Positions 12,411 to 21,967 are shown, numbered from the stretch's first letter. The stretch: 51,460 nucleotides of DNA from an uncultured Gammaproteobacteria bacterium (GCA_937998645.1 CALLCZ010000024.1:1-51460), one strand, 5' to 3'. Notes: generated from the sequence alone by a model not told the origin. A program made the numbers and translations.

Positions 12411-12475
12411 GAATGGCAGCTTCGGGTCGATTTCAGGAGTTGAGTATAAAATCATGTACGTCTGCTTATGAGTAG
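12411..12475 (-). repeat. Cassette-boundary element, copy 3
   Basis: Plus strand GAATGGCAGCTTCGGGTCGATTTC (12411-12434) and second half ACGTCTGCTTATGAGT (12458-12473). Confidence 0.55.
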
Positions 12476-12781
12476 TTTGAGTCAATGCTAACTATCAGGG
12501 TATTTCGGGAGCGGCATACTGTTCTGTCAGGGCAGGTCTGAGCTTCTATACATAATCCTGATTAAAATATATTAAACACTATTATTACAACTGATCAGAT
12601 AGTATTAACTTTAAAGGGACTTGAAATTACAGAACACAAATCATGCAACGTCCGCAGATAAATATGCCGGGCGCCACTGCTGCGCCACATAAGAGTGGTG
12701 CAGTTCAATTTAGGACTGTTAGTAAAACAATTTTATGTACCGCAGCGTTCAATGAACATGAAAATCAAAAACAGAAATTTA

Positions 12782-12868
12782 CGCCATACCTGCGAAAGCG
12801 GGTATCTCTTAAGTCCTTGAATGTGCAAAAAAGAGTGCCTGGAGATTCCCGCTTACGCGGGAATGACG
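12782..12868. repeat. REP/dRS3-like palindromic doublet (GTCATTCCCGCG..GCGGGAATC type)
   Basis: CGCCATACCTGCGAAAGCGGGTATCTC and inverted GAGATTCCCGCTTACGCGGGAATGACG, each itself a hairpin; the right arm contains ATTCCC-N8-GGGAAT. Confidence 0.8.
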
Positions 12869-12928
12869 CGTAAGTGTGACAGTAGTGGATCCGGATCCTT
12901 TACTTCTTTTTGTTGAATAACTTAATAT

Positions 12929-12958
12929 CCTCTGCGCTCTTTGCATCTTCGTGATTAA
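12929..12958 (-). repeat. Right (inverted) arm of the ACCGCAGAGGCGCAGAG-type repeat
   Basis: Reverse complement TTAATCACGAAGATGCAAAGAGCGCAGAGG matches 10540-10569 at 22/30. Confidence 0.55.
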
Positions 12959-12992
12959 ATCATCTGCTGTGATCAATCTATTCTGATAATCA

Positions 12993-13748
12993 TCAGGCTT
13001 TCATTAGCAGTGCGGTACCGCTCCCCAGCAGTAATACGCTAATCAACCTGACGAACGTGTCCCGGCCCAGAGCAGAGTGTATTTTGCCGCCGAAAAACAA
13101 ACCCAGCCCTGCGACAGGTACAGCCAGGGCCATATAACTCAACATTTCCAGCGTGTAGAACCCTTTCAATGCGTAGCCTGCCAGCCGCATTGCGCCATCG
13201 ATCAAAAACAGGGCGGCGAATGTAGCGCGGAAAGCGCTTTTATCGAGATGACGAAGGTTCAGATAAATAACGTAGAAAGGTCCGCCGGTACCAAACAAGG
13301 TACCAACGAAGCCGCCGAAAAAGCCTGACGGTACAGAAATGATCCGGTTTGCCTGACACAGTTTCATCGGCAGTAACTGGTAAATAGCAAATAATATGAT
13401 GAAACCACCTAGCGCAACTGAAAGCATTTCCGGTTTTACCGACTCCATTATATAAAGTGATACTACAACCCCTATCAATGAAAATGGCAGCAGCGGCCAG
13501 ATTTCATTCCATCGTATGGATTCACGATTATTCATTCCCTGGCTCGCCGAACCAAGATAATCAAGAAACACAACCAGCGGAACAACGATGGTTAATGGCA
13601 AGGTCAAAGCCAGTAGCGGAACCGCGATCAGTGCGGAGCCAAATCCGGCGACCCCTCGTACCATATAAGCAAAAAATAATACTGAAGCTGGAAACAGTAA
13701 CGACAGAACGGTTGTCGCCAGTTCCCCTTGGCTGGATATATCAATCAT
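12993..13748 (-). CDS. Sulfite exporter TauE/SafE family membrane protein
   Basis: GVAGFGSALIAVPLL and GTLFGTGGPF repeats, FRAT motif, about 8 TM segments; start uncertain (13748 or 13805). Confidence 0.85.
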   Translation of the reverse strand: MIDISSQGELATTVLSLLFPASVLFFAYMVRGVAGFGSALIAVPLLALTLPLTIVVPLVVFLDYLGSASQGMNNRESIRWNEIWPLLPFSLIGVVVSLYIMESVKPEMLSVALGGFIILFAIYQLLPMKLCQANRIISVPSGFFGGFVGTLFGTGGPFYVIYLNLRHLDKSAFRATFAALFLIDGAMRLAGYALKGFYTLEMLSYMALAVPVAGLGLFFGGKIHSALGRDTFVRLISVLLLGSGTALLMKA

Positions 13749-13874
13749 TGTTGGATCCTGAATTTTTGTTAATATCACCTGAAGATTGCTCGAAGCGGAT
13801 TGCATTAATTGCTTCGGAAGCGAATACTCCCCTAATTTGTACGATAATGAAATATAAAATTAGATCAATAGCTT

Positions 13875-14648
13875 ATGGCGCTTTGGTTACAATTCGGTTA
13901 CAAAAAAAACATTATGTTAGGTGTGCTTAATGGAGACACGATAGATATTTACAGCGGTGAGTTATTTAATGACCCGCAAGCTGTCGGCGATACCTGCCGA
14001 CTCGATGAAGTAGATATACTTATGCCCTGCACACCGGGAAAGATGCTCGCGCTGTGGAATAACTTTTATTCACGCGCCGAACATGAAGGATGGGACATAC
14101 CACCCGAGCCGCTCTACTTCGTTAAAACATCCAATTCGTTCAATGCTCACAAACTGCCGATTATTCGGCCACGATCCTATGACGGTCCGGTTTTCTTTGA
14201 AGGCGAGCTGGGCATTGTTATCGGTAAAACCTGTAGCCATGCTTCAGAAATGGAAGCCGCCGATTATATCTTTGGCTATACCTGCATCAACGATGTTACC
14301 GCTAAAGACATTCTGAAGCGTGATCCATCTTTTCCGCAATGGACACGCGCCAAAGGATTCGACACATTTGGCGTATTTGGGCCATACATTGCCACGGGCC
14401 TGGATGTGGATACACTTGTTATTCAATCCTGGTTAGACGGTGAGTTGTTACAGAATTATCCGGTAACGGACATGGTGTTCAGGCCACACAAGCTGGTAAG
14501 TATGATCTCGCAGGATATGACCCTGTATCCGGGTGATGTCATTGCCTGTGGAACAGGCCTGAATGCAACGGCCATGGAAGATGGTCAGACCATAGAAGTA
14601 TCTATCGATGGCATTGGCGTGTTATCAAATAAAATGGCAGCCACCTAG
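13875..14648 (+). CDS. Fumarylacetoacetate hydrolase family protein
   Basis: EGELGIVIG, GYTCINDVTA, WTRAKGFDTF, TLYPGDVIACGT motifs. Confidence 0.92.
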   Translation: MALWLQFGYKKNIMLGVLNGDTIDIYSGELFNDPQAVGDTCRLDEVDILMPCTPGKMLALWNNFYSRAEHEGWDIPPEPLYFVKTSNSFNAHKLPIIRPRSYDGPVFFEGELGIVIGKTCSHASEMEAADYIFGYTCINDVTAKDILKRDPSFPQWTRAKGFDTFGVFGPYIATGLDVDTLVIQSWLDGELLQNYPVTDMVFRPHKLVSMISQDMTLYPGDVIACGTGLNATAMEDGQTIEVSIDGIGVLSNKMAAT

Positions 14649-14860
14649 CAACAAGAGTCATTTGCATTTGATATTTGTATCGAAGGACAGGGAACAGTTC
14701 CATAGGAACAAAACACGCAGCAATCCCCTGCTTCAGGCTTTATTAACTGTTTGCATTGCCTGCATTCATGAAAGTACAGGCACGAATCGGTTGGCATGGT
14801 TAGCGTTTCAGCATAACCACAGTATGGACAGGTCAGCCTTGATTCAGGGATAATTTTCAT
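14645..14860 (-). CDS. GDCCVxC domain-containing Cys-rich protein
   Basis: TCPYCG, MPTDSC, ECRQC, GDCCVFCSYGTVPCP. Confidence 0.9.
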   Translation of the reverse strand: MKIIPESRLTCPYCGYAETLTMPTDSCLYFHECRQCKQLIKPEAGDCCVFCSYGTVPCPSIQISNANDSCC

Positions 14861-14874
14861 CGGACGTATTCTTC

Positions 14875-15585
14875 TCAATCCTGACCGCTTGCCGGTTTGT
14901 CCCTCCCCGTCGCAAGCTCATAGATATTTAACAGGTCCTCTTCAGATACTGTAACCAGGGTATCGATCTGGCTAAGCGCATAAACCAGGTCGGCATGTGC
15001 AATCGGTGGGTAATGATCATCGTGTACTATTGTTTGTGCACTCGCTTTTGTATGCAGTGCCGGGTATCGGTAATACTCGAACAAGGCGTTGAATACGATA
15101 GCGATACCCAGTATCACAATGGCGTTGATCAATACCGGTTGCAGGACATAGGTATAGCCCATTTCATGAACCATGGGCCCGCCAATTACGGCGCTCAGCG
15201 CTGTTGCACCGCCCGGTGGGTGAATACATCTCAGGTAATGCATGGCCGCGATGGCACAGCCGACACTCAGTGCTGCAGCCAGCAATATATCCGGAATGAA
15301 ATGAGCACAGCTGACACCGATCAGTGCGGATATCAGGTGCCCGCCCATAACATTCCAGGGCTGGGCCAGCGCTGAATGCGGCACCGCAAACAGCAATACC
15401 GCAGATGCACCCATGGAGGCAACCATCAAGGCCGTTGCCTGTGCATGCAACAAGGCATCGCTTACAAAATAAACCCCGAGAATACCGCAGAAGCCACCAA
15501 AGCTGGTGATAAGTCGTTCTTTATGACTGACTGTCTGGCGGTTAAAGCCAACCAGGTCAAGAATGTTGTTGATTCTGTTATTCAT
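14875..15585 (-). CDS. HPP family membrane protein (no CBS domains)
   Basis: ASMGASAVLLFAVPHSALAQPW and CIHPPGGATAL motifs. Confidence 0.92.
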   Translation of the reverse strand: MNNRINNILDLVGFNRQTVSHKERLITSFGGFCGILGVYFVSDALLHAQATALMVASMGASAVLLFAVPHSALAQPWNVMGGHLISALIGVSCAHFIPDILLAAALSVGCAIAAMHYLRCIHPPGGATALSAVIGGPMVHEMGYTYVLQPVLINAIVILGIAIVFNALFEYYRYPALHTKASAQTIVHDDHYPPIAHADLVYALSQIDTLVTVSEEDLLNIYELATGRDKPASGQD

Positions 15586-15793
15586 ATCAGCTCCAGTGAT
15601 CGAATTAAATTCTACAGTTCTCGCAGATATGTGGCACCATGATAGATAATTTTATCGAGTCCGGCTGTAAAGAGCGAAACAAGTTATAAGCTGTACCGGC
15701 ACCCGTGAATATTTTCATTGTTACTGAGCAAATCCACGTTCCATGATAACCTTTCAATTGTAAAAGAAGCCACTGTGAAGTTATAAGCATAGT

Positions 15794-16663
15794 ATGAATA
15801 CAAGCAGTAAAAAATCCGCGATATTTTTGATTCATTGCAAGGATCAGCCGGGAATTGTCGTATCAATAACAGACTTTATTTTCAATAGCGGCGGTAATAT
15901 TCTCAGCCTGGATCAGCATGTTGATTCAGAGCATCAGAAATTTTTTATGCGGGTTGAGTGGGACCTGCAAAATTTTTCTATAGCACCAGACAGTATCGGT
16001 ATGGAATTCGAGAAAGGCGTTGCATCACGTTTTGGCATGCAATGGCAATTGCATTTTTCCAGTGATGAGCCGCGTATAGCCCTGTTCGTGTCGAAATTGC
16101 CACACTGTTTTTACGATATCCTGTCACGTTATGAGGCGGGTGAATGGCAGGCGGAGATACCGCTGATTATAAGCAATCACAATGACATGGCCGCTGTCGC
16201 CGGGCGATTCGGCATCGATTACTTTTATTTGCCTGTTAATAAGGACAATAAACAGGAACAGGAAGCAAAACAGCTGGAGCTGCTGGAAAACTACAGGATC
16301 GATTTCATTGTGCTTGCACGTTATATGCAAATATTAAGTGAAAGTTTTATACAGCATTACCCGCAGCGAGTTATCAATATTCATCATTCATTCCTCCCTG
16401 CTTTTCCCGGAGGGCGCCCGTATCATTCGGCTTATGAGCGTGGTGTAAAGATCATAGGTGCCACCAGCCATTATGTAACCGCGGATCTCGATGCCGGCCC
16501 GATTATTGAACAGGATGTGGTTTACGTTAGCCATAAAGACACGGTAGATGACATGGTGCGAAAAGGCCGGGATCTAGAGAAGGTCGTATTGGCACGTGCG
16601 ATATGGCACCAGCTTAATCACAATTTGCTGGTATGTGAGAACCGCACGATCGTGTTTGACTGA
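15794..16663 (+). CDS. purU: Formyltetrahydrofolate deformylase
   Basis: N-terminal ACT domain (CKDQPGIV), LARYMQIL, INIHHSFLPAF, GVKIIGATSHYVT, DAGPIIEQ. Confidence 0.96.
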   Translation: MNTSSKKSAIFLIHCKDQPGIVVSITDFIFNSGGNILSLDQHVDSEHQKFFMRVEWDLQNFSIAPDSIGMEFEKGVASRFGMQWQLHFSSDEPRIALFVSKLPHCFYDILSRYEAGEWQAEIPLIISNHNDMAAVAGRFGIDYFYLPVNKDNKQEQEAKQLELLENYRIDFIVLARYMQILSESFIQHYPQRVINIHHSFLPAFPGGRPYHSAYERGVKIIGATSHYVTADLDAGPIIEQDVVYVSHKDTVDDMVRKGRDLEKVVLARAIWHQLNHNLLVCENRTIVFD

Positions 16664-16671
16664 TTTGATCT

Positions 16672-16750
16672 ACCGCAGAGGCGCGGAGACGCAGAGATTT
16701 TTTAATTATTTGTAGTAAACCTGTAATATCCTTCGCGCCTCTGCGGTTAA
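16672..16750. repeat. Intact REP-like inverted doublet, probable bidirectional terminator
   Basis: ACCGCAGAGGCGCG (16672-16685) and CGCGCCTCTGCGGT (16734-16747) form a perfect 14-bp IR between convergent genes. Confidence 0.75.
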
Positions 16751-16785
16751 AAGCAGTAAGTTTTGCGTTTTTTGCAGCTGGATGC

Positions 16786-17388
16786 TTACGCGTTACCTTT
16801 GCCGGTAATTGATATTCGCGCGTATACCTGCTGATAATATTTTTCATAACGTACGGCAAGCTTGTTTAACCATGCCTTGCGTTTGGCATTGGTTTCTTTT
16901 TCTTCAAGCTGTTTTGCAAGGTGGCTTATCACGCGCAGGATGTTTGACTGGCTGAGTAACAGGTCTTTTTCGAAGTCATCTGTTTCAAGCAGCAACTCTT
17001 TCGCGGTCGCGATGCGTAATGAATCAAACGTGGCCTTGCCTATGGAGTCATCGGAAAATTCCTCGAACACGATTGTCGGCCTGGCTGCTGCAAATTTTTC
17101 AAGATCGTCAAGCGCCTGCTCGGATGTATCGGCGATTTCATCAACAAGCCTTGTTGATTGATCACTGATGCCTTCAAATGCAAGCACCAGCTTGACCCGC
17201 CTGAGGGTTGTCAGATGCTGCTCATCTTCAAGAAACAGTTTGAGTGCGCTGTATCCGGAATCAATGGTATCCGCTTTTTGCTTACTGGCGCTAATAGCGT
17301 GGGTATTGGTAAAAACAAGAATGCCAAGCATGCTCGTTATGAGCATTAAGCTGAAAGGTAAAGACATTAATATACGGTTAATTTTCAT
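16786..17388 (-). CDS. Hypothetical exported, largely helical protein
   Basis: 200-aa ORF with N-terminal hydrophobic/signal segment; no motif recognised. Confidence 0.7.
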   Translation of the reverse strand: MKINRILMSLPFSLMLITSMLGILVFTNTHAISASKQKADTIDSGYSALKLFLEDEQHLTTLRRVKLVLAFEGISDQSTRLVDEIADTSEQALDDLEKFAAARPTIVFEEFSDDSIGKATFDSLRIATAKELLLETDDFEKDLLLSQSNILRVISHLAKQLEEKETNAKRKAWLNKLAVRYEKYYQQVYARISITGKGNA

Positions 17389-17594
17389 CGGTAATAAAAG
17401 ACTTTGGCTAACGAAAAGAGTTCAATCTATAAAGATCTAGATTAAAGCAATGAGTTGATGATGAACATTCTACCAAGGAGGTATGTTTGCAGACAGCCAG
17501 CAGAAAGGATCGTGGCTACTGTAAAAAACAAAAAGAAATAAGCGCATGATTACATTATAATTTGCGGTCTGAATATATTTTTCACCGGGCAATA

Positions 17595-19478
17595 ATGTTC
17601 TATAGCGACAGTTTTGATGTGATAGTGATTGGCGGCGGTCACGCGGGGACCGAAGCCGCGCTTGCTGCTGCACGCATGGGGGTCAAAACCCTGCTGCTGT
17701 CGCACAACATCGAAACCCTGGGGCAGATGAGCTGCAACCCTGCGATCGGCGGTATCGGCAAAGGCCACCTGGTGAAAGAGATCGATGCTATGGGCGGCGT
17801 CATGGCAAGGGCAGCTGACCGCGGTGGTATTCAATTCCGTATTCTCAACAGGCGCAAGGGGCCTGCGGTGCGCGCTACCCGGGCACAGGCTGACCGTGTG
17901 CTGTACAAGGCCGCTGTTCGACAGGCACTGGAAAACCAGCCGAATCTTTCCATTTTTCAACAGGCAGTAGATGACCTGATTATTGCCAGTGATGGCCAGG
18001 GCGATCGCGTCTGCGGTGTCATTACCCAGATGGGGCTTAAATTTCGTGCACCTGCGGTGGTATTGACTGTAGGCACCTTCCTCGGCGGCAAGATCCATAT
18101 CGGTGAAAGCCACCATGCAGGCGGCCGCGCCGGTGACCCGCCATCGATAACGCTGGCGCAACGCCTGCGCGAGCTGCCTTTTCGCGTCGGCCGCCTGAAA
18201 ACCGGCACCCCGCCCCGCATCGATGGCCGCAGTATCGATTACTCCGGTTTACAGCAACAACCGGGCGACGAGCCTGTGCCGGTGTTTTCCTTTACCGGAT
18301 CGGTCAGCGAGCACCCGCAACAGATCTGCTGCCATATCACCCATACCAACCAGCGCACACATGACATCATTCGCGGCGGTCTTGACCGTTCGCCTATGTA
18401 CAGTGGCGTTATCGAGGGCATCGGCCCACGTTACTGTCCGTCGATCGAGGACAAGATCGTACGTTTTGCGGACAAGGAATCACACCAGATATTTATCGAA
18501 CCAGAAGGCCTGAATACTCATGAGGTCTACCCTAACGGTATTTCGACCAGCCTGCCGTTTGATGTCCAGTTTGAATTCGTGCGCTCGATGAAGGGTTTTG
18601 AAAATGCCCACATCACCCGCCCCGGTTATGCGATCGAGTATGATTACTTTGATCCACGTGATCTCAGGGCATCGCTGGAAACCCGCTTTATCGGTGGCCT
18701 GTTCTTTGCCGGGCAGATTAACGGCACTACCGGCTATGAAGAAGCCGCGGCACAGGGTCTGCTGGCCGCGATCAATGCTACACGCCAGGTGCAGCAGCGG
18801 GAACCCTGGACACCTGCCCGTGACCAGGCCTATCTGGGTGTGCTGGTCGATGATCTGATTACTCGCGGCACCACTGAACCGTACCGCATGTTCACCAGTC
18901 GAGCCGAATACCGCCTGATTTTGCGCGAAGACAATGCCGATTTGAGGTTGACGCCTGTCGCACGCGAGATGGGCCTGGTCAGCGATGAGCACTGGGGGGC
19001 ATTTGCACAGAAAAGCGGTGCCATTGCACATGAGCAACGCCGTTTGAGCGGGCTTACGGTACTGCCCGATTCAGAACCCGGCGAGCAGTTATCCAGCTAT
19101 CTCGATAAACCGCTGTCACGCGATTACAAGGCCAGCGATTTACTGCGCCGCCCCGAAATTGACTATCAAAGACTCACTGCTGCAATTGGCGGTGCAGTCA
19201 GTGATGATGCCGTGGCAGAACAGGTGGAAATACAGGCCCGGTATGCAGGCTACCTGGAGCGTCAGCATGCCGAGATCGAGAAGGCGCGTCGTCATGAGCA
19301 GGCATCAATTCCAAACCTGATCGACTATCAATCCGTACGCGGCCTTTCGGCCGAGGTATGCCAGAAGCTATCGGATTATCGGCCCGAGACCATCGGTCAG
19401 GCCAGCCGTATTCCGGGCATGACACCCGCAGCAATATCATTGTTGATGGTGCATCTGAAAAAAACAGCTATGAAATAA
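17595..19478 (+). CDS. mnmG: tRNA uridine 5-carboxymethylaminomethyl modification enzyme MnmG (GidA)
   Basis: [48 protein letters not shown]; start set at ATG 17595. Confidence 0.98.
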   Translation: MFYSDSFDVIVIGGGHAGTEAALAAARMGVKTLLLSHNIETLGQMSCNPAIGGIGKGHLVKEIDAMGGVMARAADRGGIQFRILNRRKGPAVRATRAQADRVLYKAAVRQALENQPNLSIFQQAVDDLIIASDGQGDRVCGVITQMGLKFRAPAVVLTVGTFLGGKIHIGESHHAGGRAGDPPSITLAQRLRELPFRVGRLKTGTPPRIDGRSIDYSGLQQQPGDEPVPVFSFTGSVSEHPQQICCHITHTNQRTHDIIRGGLDRSPMYSGVIEGIGPRYCPSIEDKIVRFADKESHQIFIEPEGLNTHEVYPNGISTSLPFDVQFEFVRSMKGFENAHITRPGYAIEYDYFDPRDLRASLETRFIGGLFFAGQINGTTGYEEAAAQGLLAAINATRQVQQREPWTPARDQAYLGVLVDDLITRGTTEPYRMFTSRAEYRLILREDNADLRLTPVAREMGLVSDEHWGAFAQKSGAIAHEQRRLSGLTVLPDSEPGEQLSSYLDKPLSRDYKASDLLRRPEIDYQRLTAAIGGAVSDDAVAEQVEIQARYAGYLERQHAEIEKARRHEQASIPNLIDYQSVRGLSAEVCQKLSDYRPETIGQASRIPGMTPAAISLLMVHLKKTAMK

Positions 19479-19491
19479 GTTTTAATAACTT

Positions 19492-20127
19492 GTGGAAAAC
19501 CTGTTAATAAAATTAAAAACCGGTTTGGAAATCATGGGTATAGAGCTGCCCGAGGCAGCCCCTGGCAAGCTCATCGATTACCTGGGTTTGCTCATTCACT
19601 GGAACCGGGCCTTTAACCTGACCGCAATTCGCAACAGTGATGAAATGTTGAGCAAGCACCTGCTTGATAGTCTTGGCGTGCTGCCCTACATCGGCGAAGG
19701 CATGATTCTGGATGTGGGCAGCGGTGCGGGTTTGCCGGGTATTCCGCTGGCGATCGCAATGCCGCATAATCGTTTTGTGTTAATTGACAGTAATGGCAAA
19801 AAAACCCGGTTCCTGACACAGGCTCGAATTGCGCTGGGACTGGATAATGTCGAAATCGTCAATCAACGAGTCGAAGCGTATTCACCCATGAAGGATGATC
19901 ATAGGATATACTTCGACGCAGTGGTTGCACGCGCCTACGCGAGCAGCAATGAAATAATAAAAAATACAGCGCATTTGCACAAACCGGAAACCCGGATATT
20001 GATTATGCAGGGCAAGCTGGACGAATCAATAGATGTTCCAGGTTATGTTTTGAAACAATCACATACGTTGAATATCTATGGGCTGGACGCTGAAAGGCAT
20101 TTACTCGAAATTGAGAAGACATACTAA
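19492..20127 (+). CDS. rsmG: 16S rRNA m7G527 methyltransferase RsmG (GidB)
   Basis: WNRAFNLTA, HLLDSL, LDVGSGAGLPGIPLAI. Confidence 0.96.
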   Translation: MENLLIKLKTGLEIMGIELPEAAPGKLIDYLGLLIHWNRAFNLTAIRNSDEMLSKHLLDSLGVLPYIGEGMILDVGSGAGLPGIPLAIAMPHNRFVLIDSNGKKTRFLTQARIALGLDNVEIVNQRVEAYSPMKDDHRIYFDAVVARAYASSNEIIKNTAHLHKPETRILIMQGKLDESIDVPGYVLKQSHTLNIYGLDAERHLLEIEKTY

Positions 20128-20128
20128 T

Positions 20129-20938
20129 ATGACTCAAGTACTTGCGTTGGCAAACCAGAAAGGCGGCGTTGGCAAAACCACCACCAGCGTTAATCTTGCC
20201 GCATCACTCGCAGCCACCCGGCGCCGGGTGCTGCTGGTCGACCTGGATCCACAGGGCAACGCCACCATGGGTGTTGGTGTGGACAAGAATTCCCTCGAAA
20301 ATACCCTGTGCGATGTGCTGTTGCAGGGTCTTGATGCGCGTGATTGTATGCAACACATTGAAAATGTGGGTATTGATCTGTTGCCGTCCAACAGCGATCT
20401 GACCGCTGCGGAAGTCGAGCTGATGCGCTCAAGCGGTGCCGAAACGCGATTGAAAGACTGTCTTTCAGATATCAAGCATGACTACGAATTTGTGATTCTG
20501 GATTGCCCGCCGGCGCTGAACATGCTGACGCTGAACGCGATGGTTGCATCCGATGGCGTAATCATCCCGATGCAGTGCGAGTACTATGCGCTGGAAGGCC
20601 TGACATCCCTGATCGATACCATAGAACAGGTGCGCTCATCGGTTAATCCCAGTCTCCAGATCGAAGGCCTGTTGCGCACCATGTATGACCCGCGCAACAC
20701 CTTGTCCAATGATGTGTCTTCACAGTTAGTCGAGCATTTCGGCGACAAGGTGTACCGCACCATCGTGCCGCGAAACGTGCGTCTCGCAGAAGCCCCGAGT
20801 TATGGCCTGCCCGCTTTGCTTTACGAGAAAACATCACGTGGGGCGCTCGCCTACCTGGCGCTGGCCGGTGAAATGCTGCGCCGTGATTCTCAATATTCAT
20901 CGCCGAGCAGATCGACAGAACCGTCGGCGATGGCCTGA
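20129..20938 (+). CDS. parA: Chromosome partitioning ATPase ParA (Soj)
   Basis: NQKGGVGKTTT, DLDPQGNAT, DCPP, QCEYYALEG, RLAEAPS; start set at ATG 20129. Confidence 0.96.
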   Translation: MTQVLALANQKGGVGKTTTSVNLAASLAATRRRVLLVDLDPQGNATMGVGVDKNSLENTLCDVLLQGLDARDCMQHIENVGIDLLPSNSDLTAAEVELMRSSGAETRLKDCLSDIKHDYEFVILDCPPALNMLTLNAMVASDGVIIPMQCEYYALEGLTSLIDTIEQVRSSVNPSLQIEGLLRTMYDPRNTLSNDVSSQLVEHFGDKVYRTIVPRNVRLAEAPSYGLPALLYEKTSRGALAYLALAGEMLRRDSQYSSPSRSTEPSAMA

Positions 20939-20981
20939 GCCATAACTTAGACTTAACGCAGAATTCTCAACGGTAAATTAG

Positions 20982-21845
20982 ATGGCAACGAAGAAAAAAG
21001 GACTGGGTCGCGGATTGAATGCCCTGCTTGGCGGTACTGAAACGGTAGCTGTCATGACTACAGTTCAACACGAAGATGAACTGCGCGAACTCGCGATTGA
21101 CCTGATCAGGCGCGGACCCTGGCAACCGCGCACACACTTTGATGAAGATTCACTCAACGAGCTGGCCGAGTCCATTCGTTCCCAGGGCGTGGTACAGCCG
21201 ATAGTCGTGCGTGCTTCCGCCGATAGCAGCTATGAAATCGTCGCGGGTGAAAGGCGCTGGCGAGCGGCCCAGATTGCCGGCCTCGAGCAGGTGCCCGCTG
21301 TTATCAAGCATTTTGATGACCAGACCGCGGCGGCGGTTTCCCTGATCGAAAACATTCAGCGAGAAAACCTGAATCCACTGGAAGAATCGGTTGCGTTACA
21401 GCGACTGATCGATGAATTCAGTATGACCCATCAGCAGGTGGCCGACACCGTGGCGCGCTCACGCGCAGCGGTGAGCAATCTTTTGAGGCTGCAGGATTTG
21501 AATGCCGACGTTAAGCAGTTGCTGGAAAATCGCACCATCGAAATGGGACACGCGCGCGCCCTGCTGGGGGTGACCGGTGCGGTACAGAGCCAGCTTGCGC
21601 GGGAAACCGCGAAAAAGGGGCTGTCGGTGCGTGAAACCGAACAGCTGGTGCGCAAGACATTAAATCCGCCGAAGAAGGCCAAAGCGGTAAGCAAGGATCC
21701 GGATATTAAAAATCTGGAGAATGATTTGTCAGAAAAGCTGGGGGCGGTGGTCAATATACATCAGAAAAACAAAGGCAGGGGCCGCCTGGAAATCAGCTAC
21801 AGTTCACTGGATGAACTCGAGGGTATCCTCTCGCATATACATTAA
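20982..21845 (+). CDS. parB: Chromosome partitioning protein ParB
   Basis: GLGRGL, QPR, AGERRWRAA, ENIQRENL, HTH. Confidence 0.97.
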   Translation: MATKKKGLGRGLNALLGGTETVAVMTTVQHEDELRELAIDLIRRGPWQPRTHFDEDSLNELAESIRSQGVVQPIVVRASADSSYEIVAGERRWRAAQIAGLEQVPAVIKHFDDQTAAAVSLIENIQRENLNPLEESVALQRLIDEFSMTHQQVADTVARSRAAVSNLLRLQDLNADVKQLLENRTIEMGHARALLGVTGAVQSQLARETAKKGLSVRETEQLVRKTLNPPKKAKAVSKDPDIKNLENDLSEKLGAVVNIHQKNKGRGRLEISYSSLDELEGILSHIH

Positions 21846-21883
21846 AATACGCCGATAAAATTCTTTTATAACAACATATTAAC

Positions 21884-21912
21884 TTGACCATAAAGGGCAC
21901 GCTACTTATAAT
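21884..21912 (+). promoter_or_regulatory. Sigma-70 promoter of the atp operon
   Basis: TTGACC-N17-TATAAT followed by a GC-rich discriminator. Confidence 0.75.
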
Positions 21913-21967
21913 CTGCGCGCGTTCCAAAGCCGCGCAATACTGTTTCCTGCGCTGAAGGTTAACACCG

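Noticed and set aside
12643-12873. 76-aa ORF ending GDSRLRGNDA
   Set aside because: The ending is simply the translation of the GATTCCCGC..GCGGGAATGAC repeat, a classic spurious ORF
14645-14860. Selenoprotein version of the GDCCVxC protein
   Set aside because: All candidate positions are Cys codons; no in-frame TGA
17303-17313. GTATTGGTAAA matching the mnmE 3' end as a possible attR of an mnmE-integrated island
   Set aside because: Only 11 bp, inside a coding sequence, and no integrase present
17389-17594. E. coli-type oriC upstream of mnmG (gidA)
   Set aside because: AT-rich but without DnaA boxes or GATC clustering; the dnaA-dnaN gap fits much better
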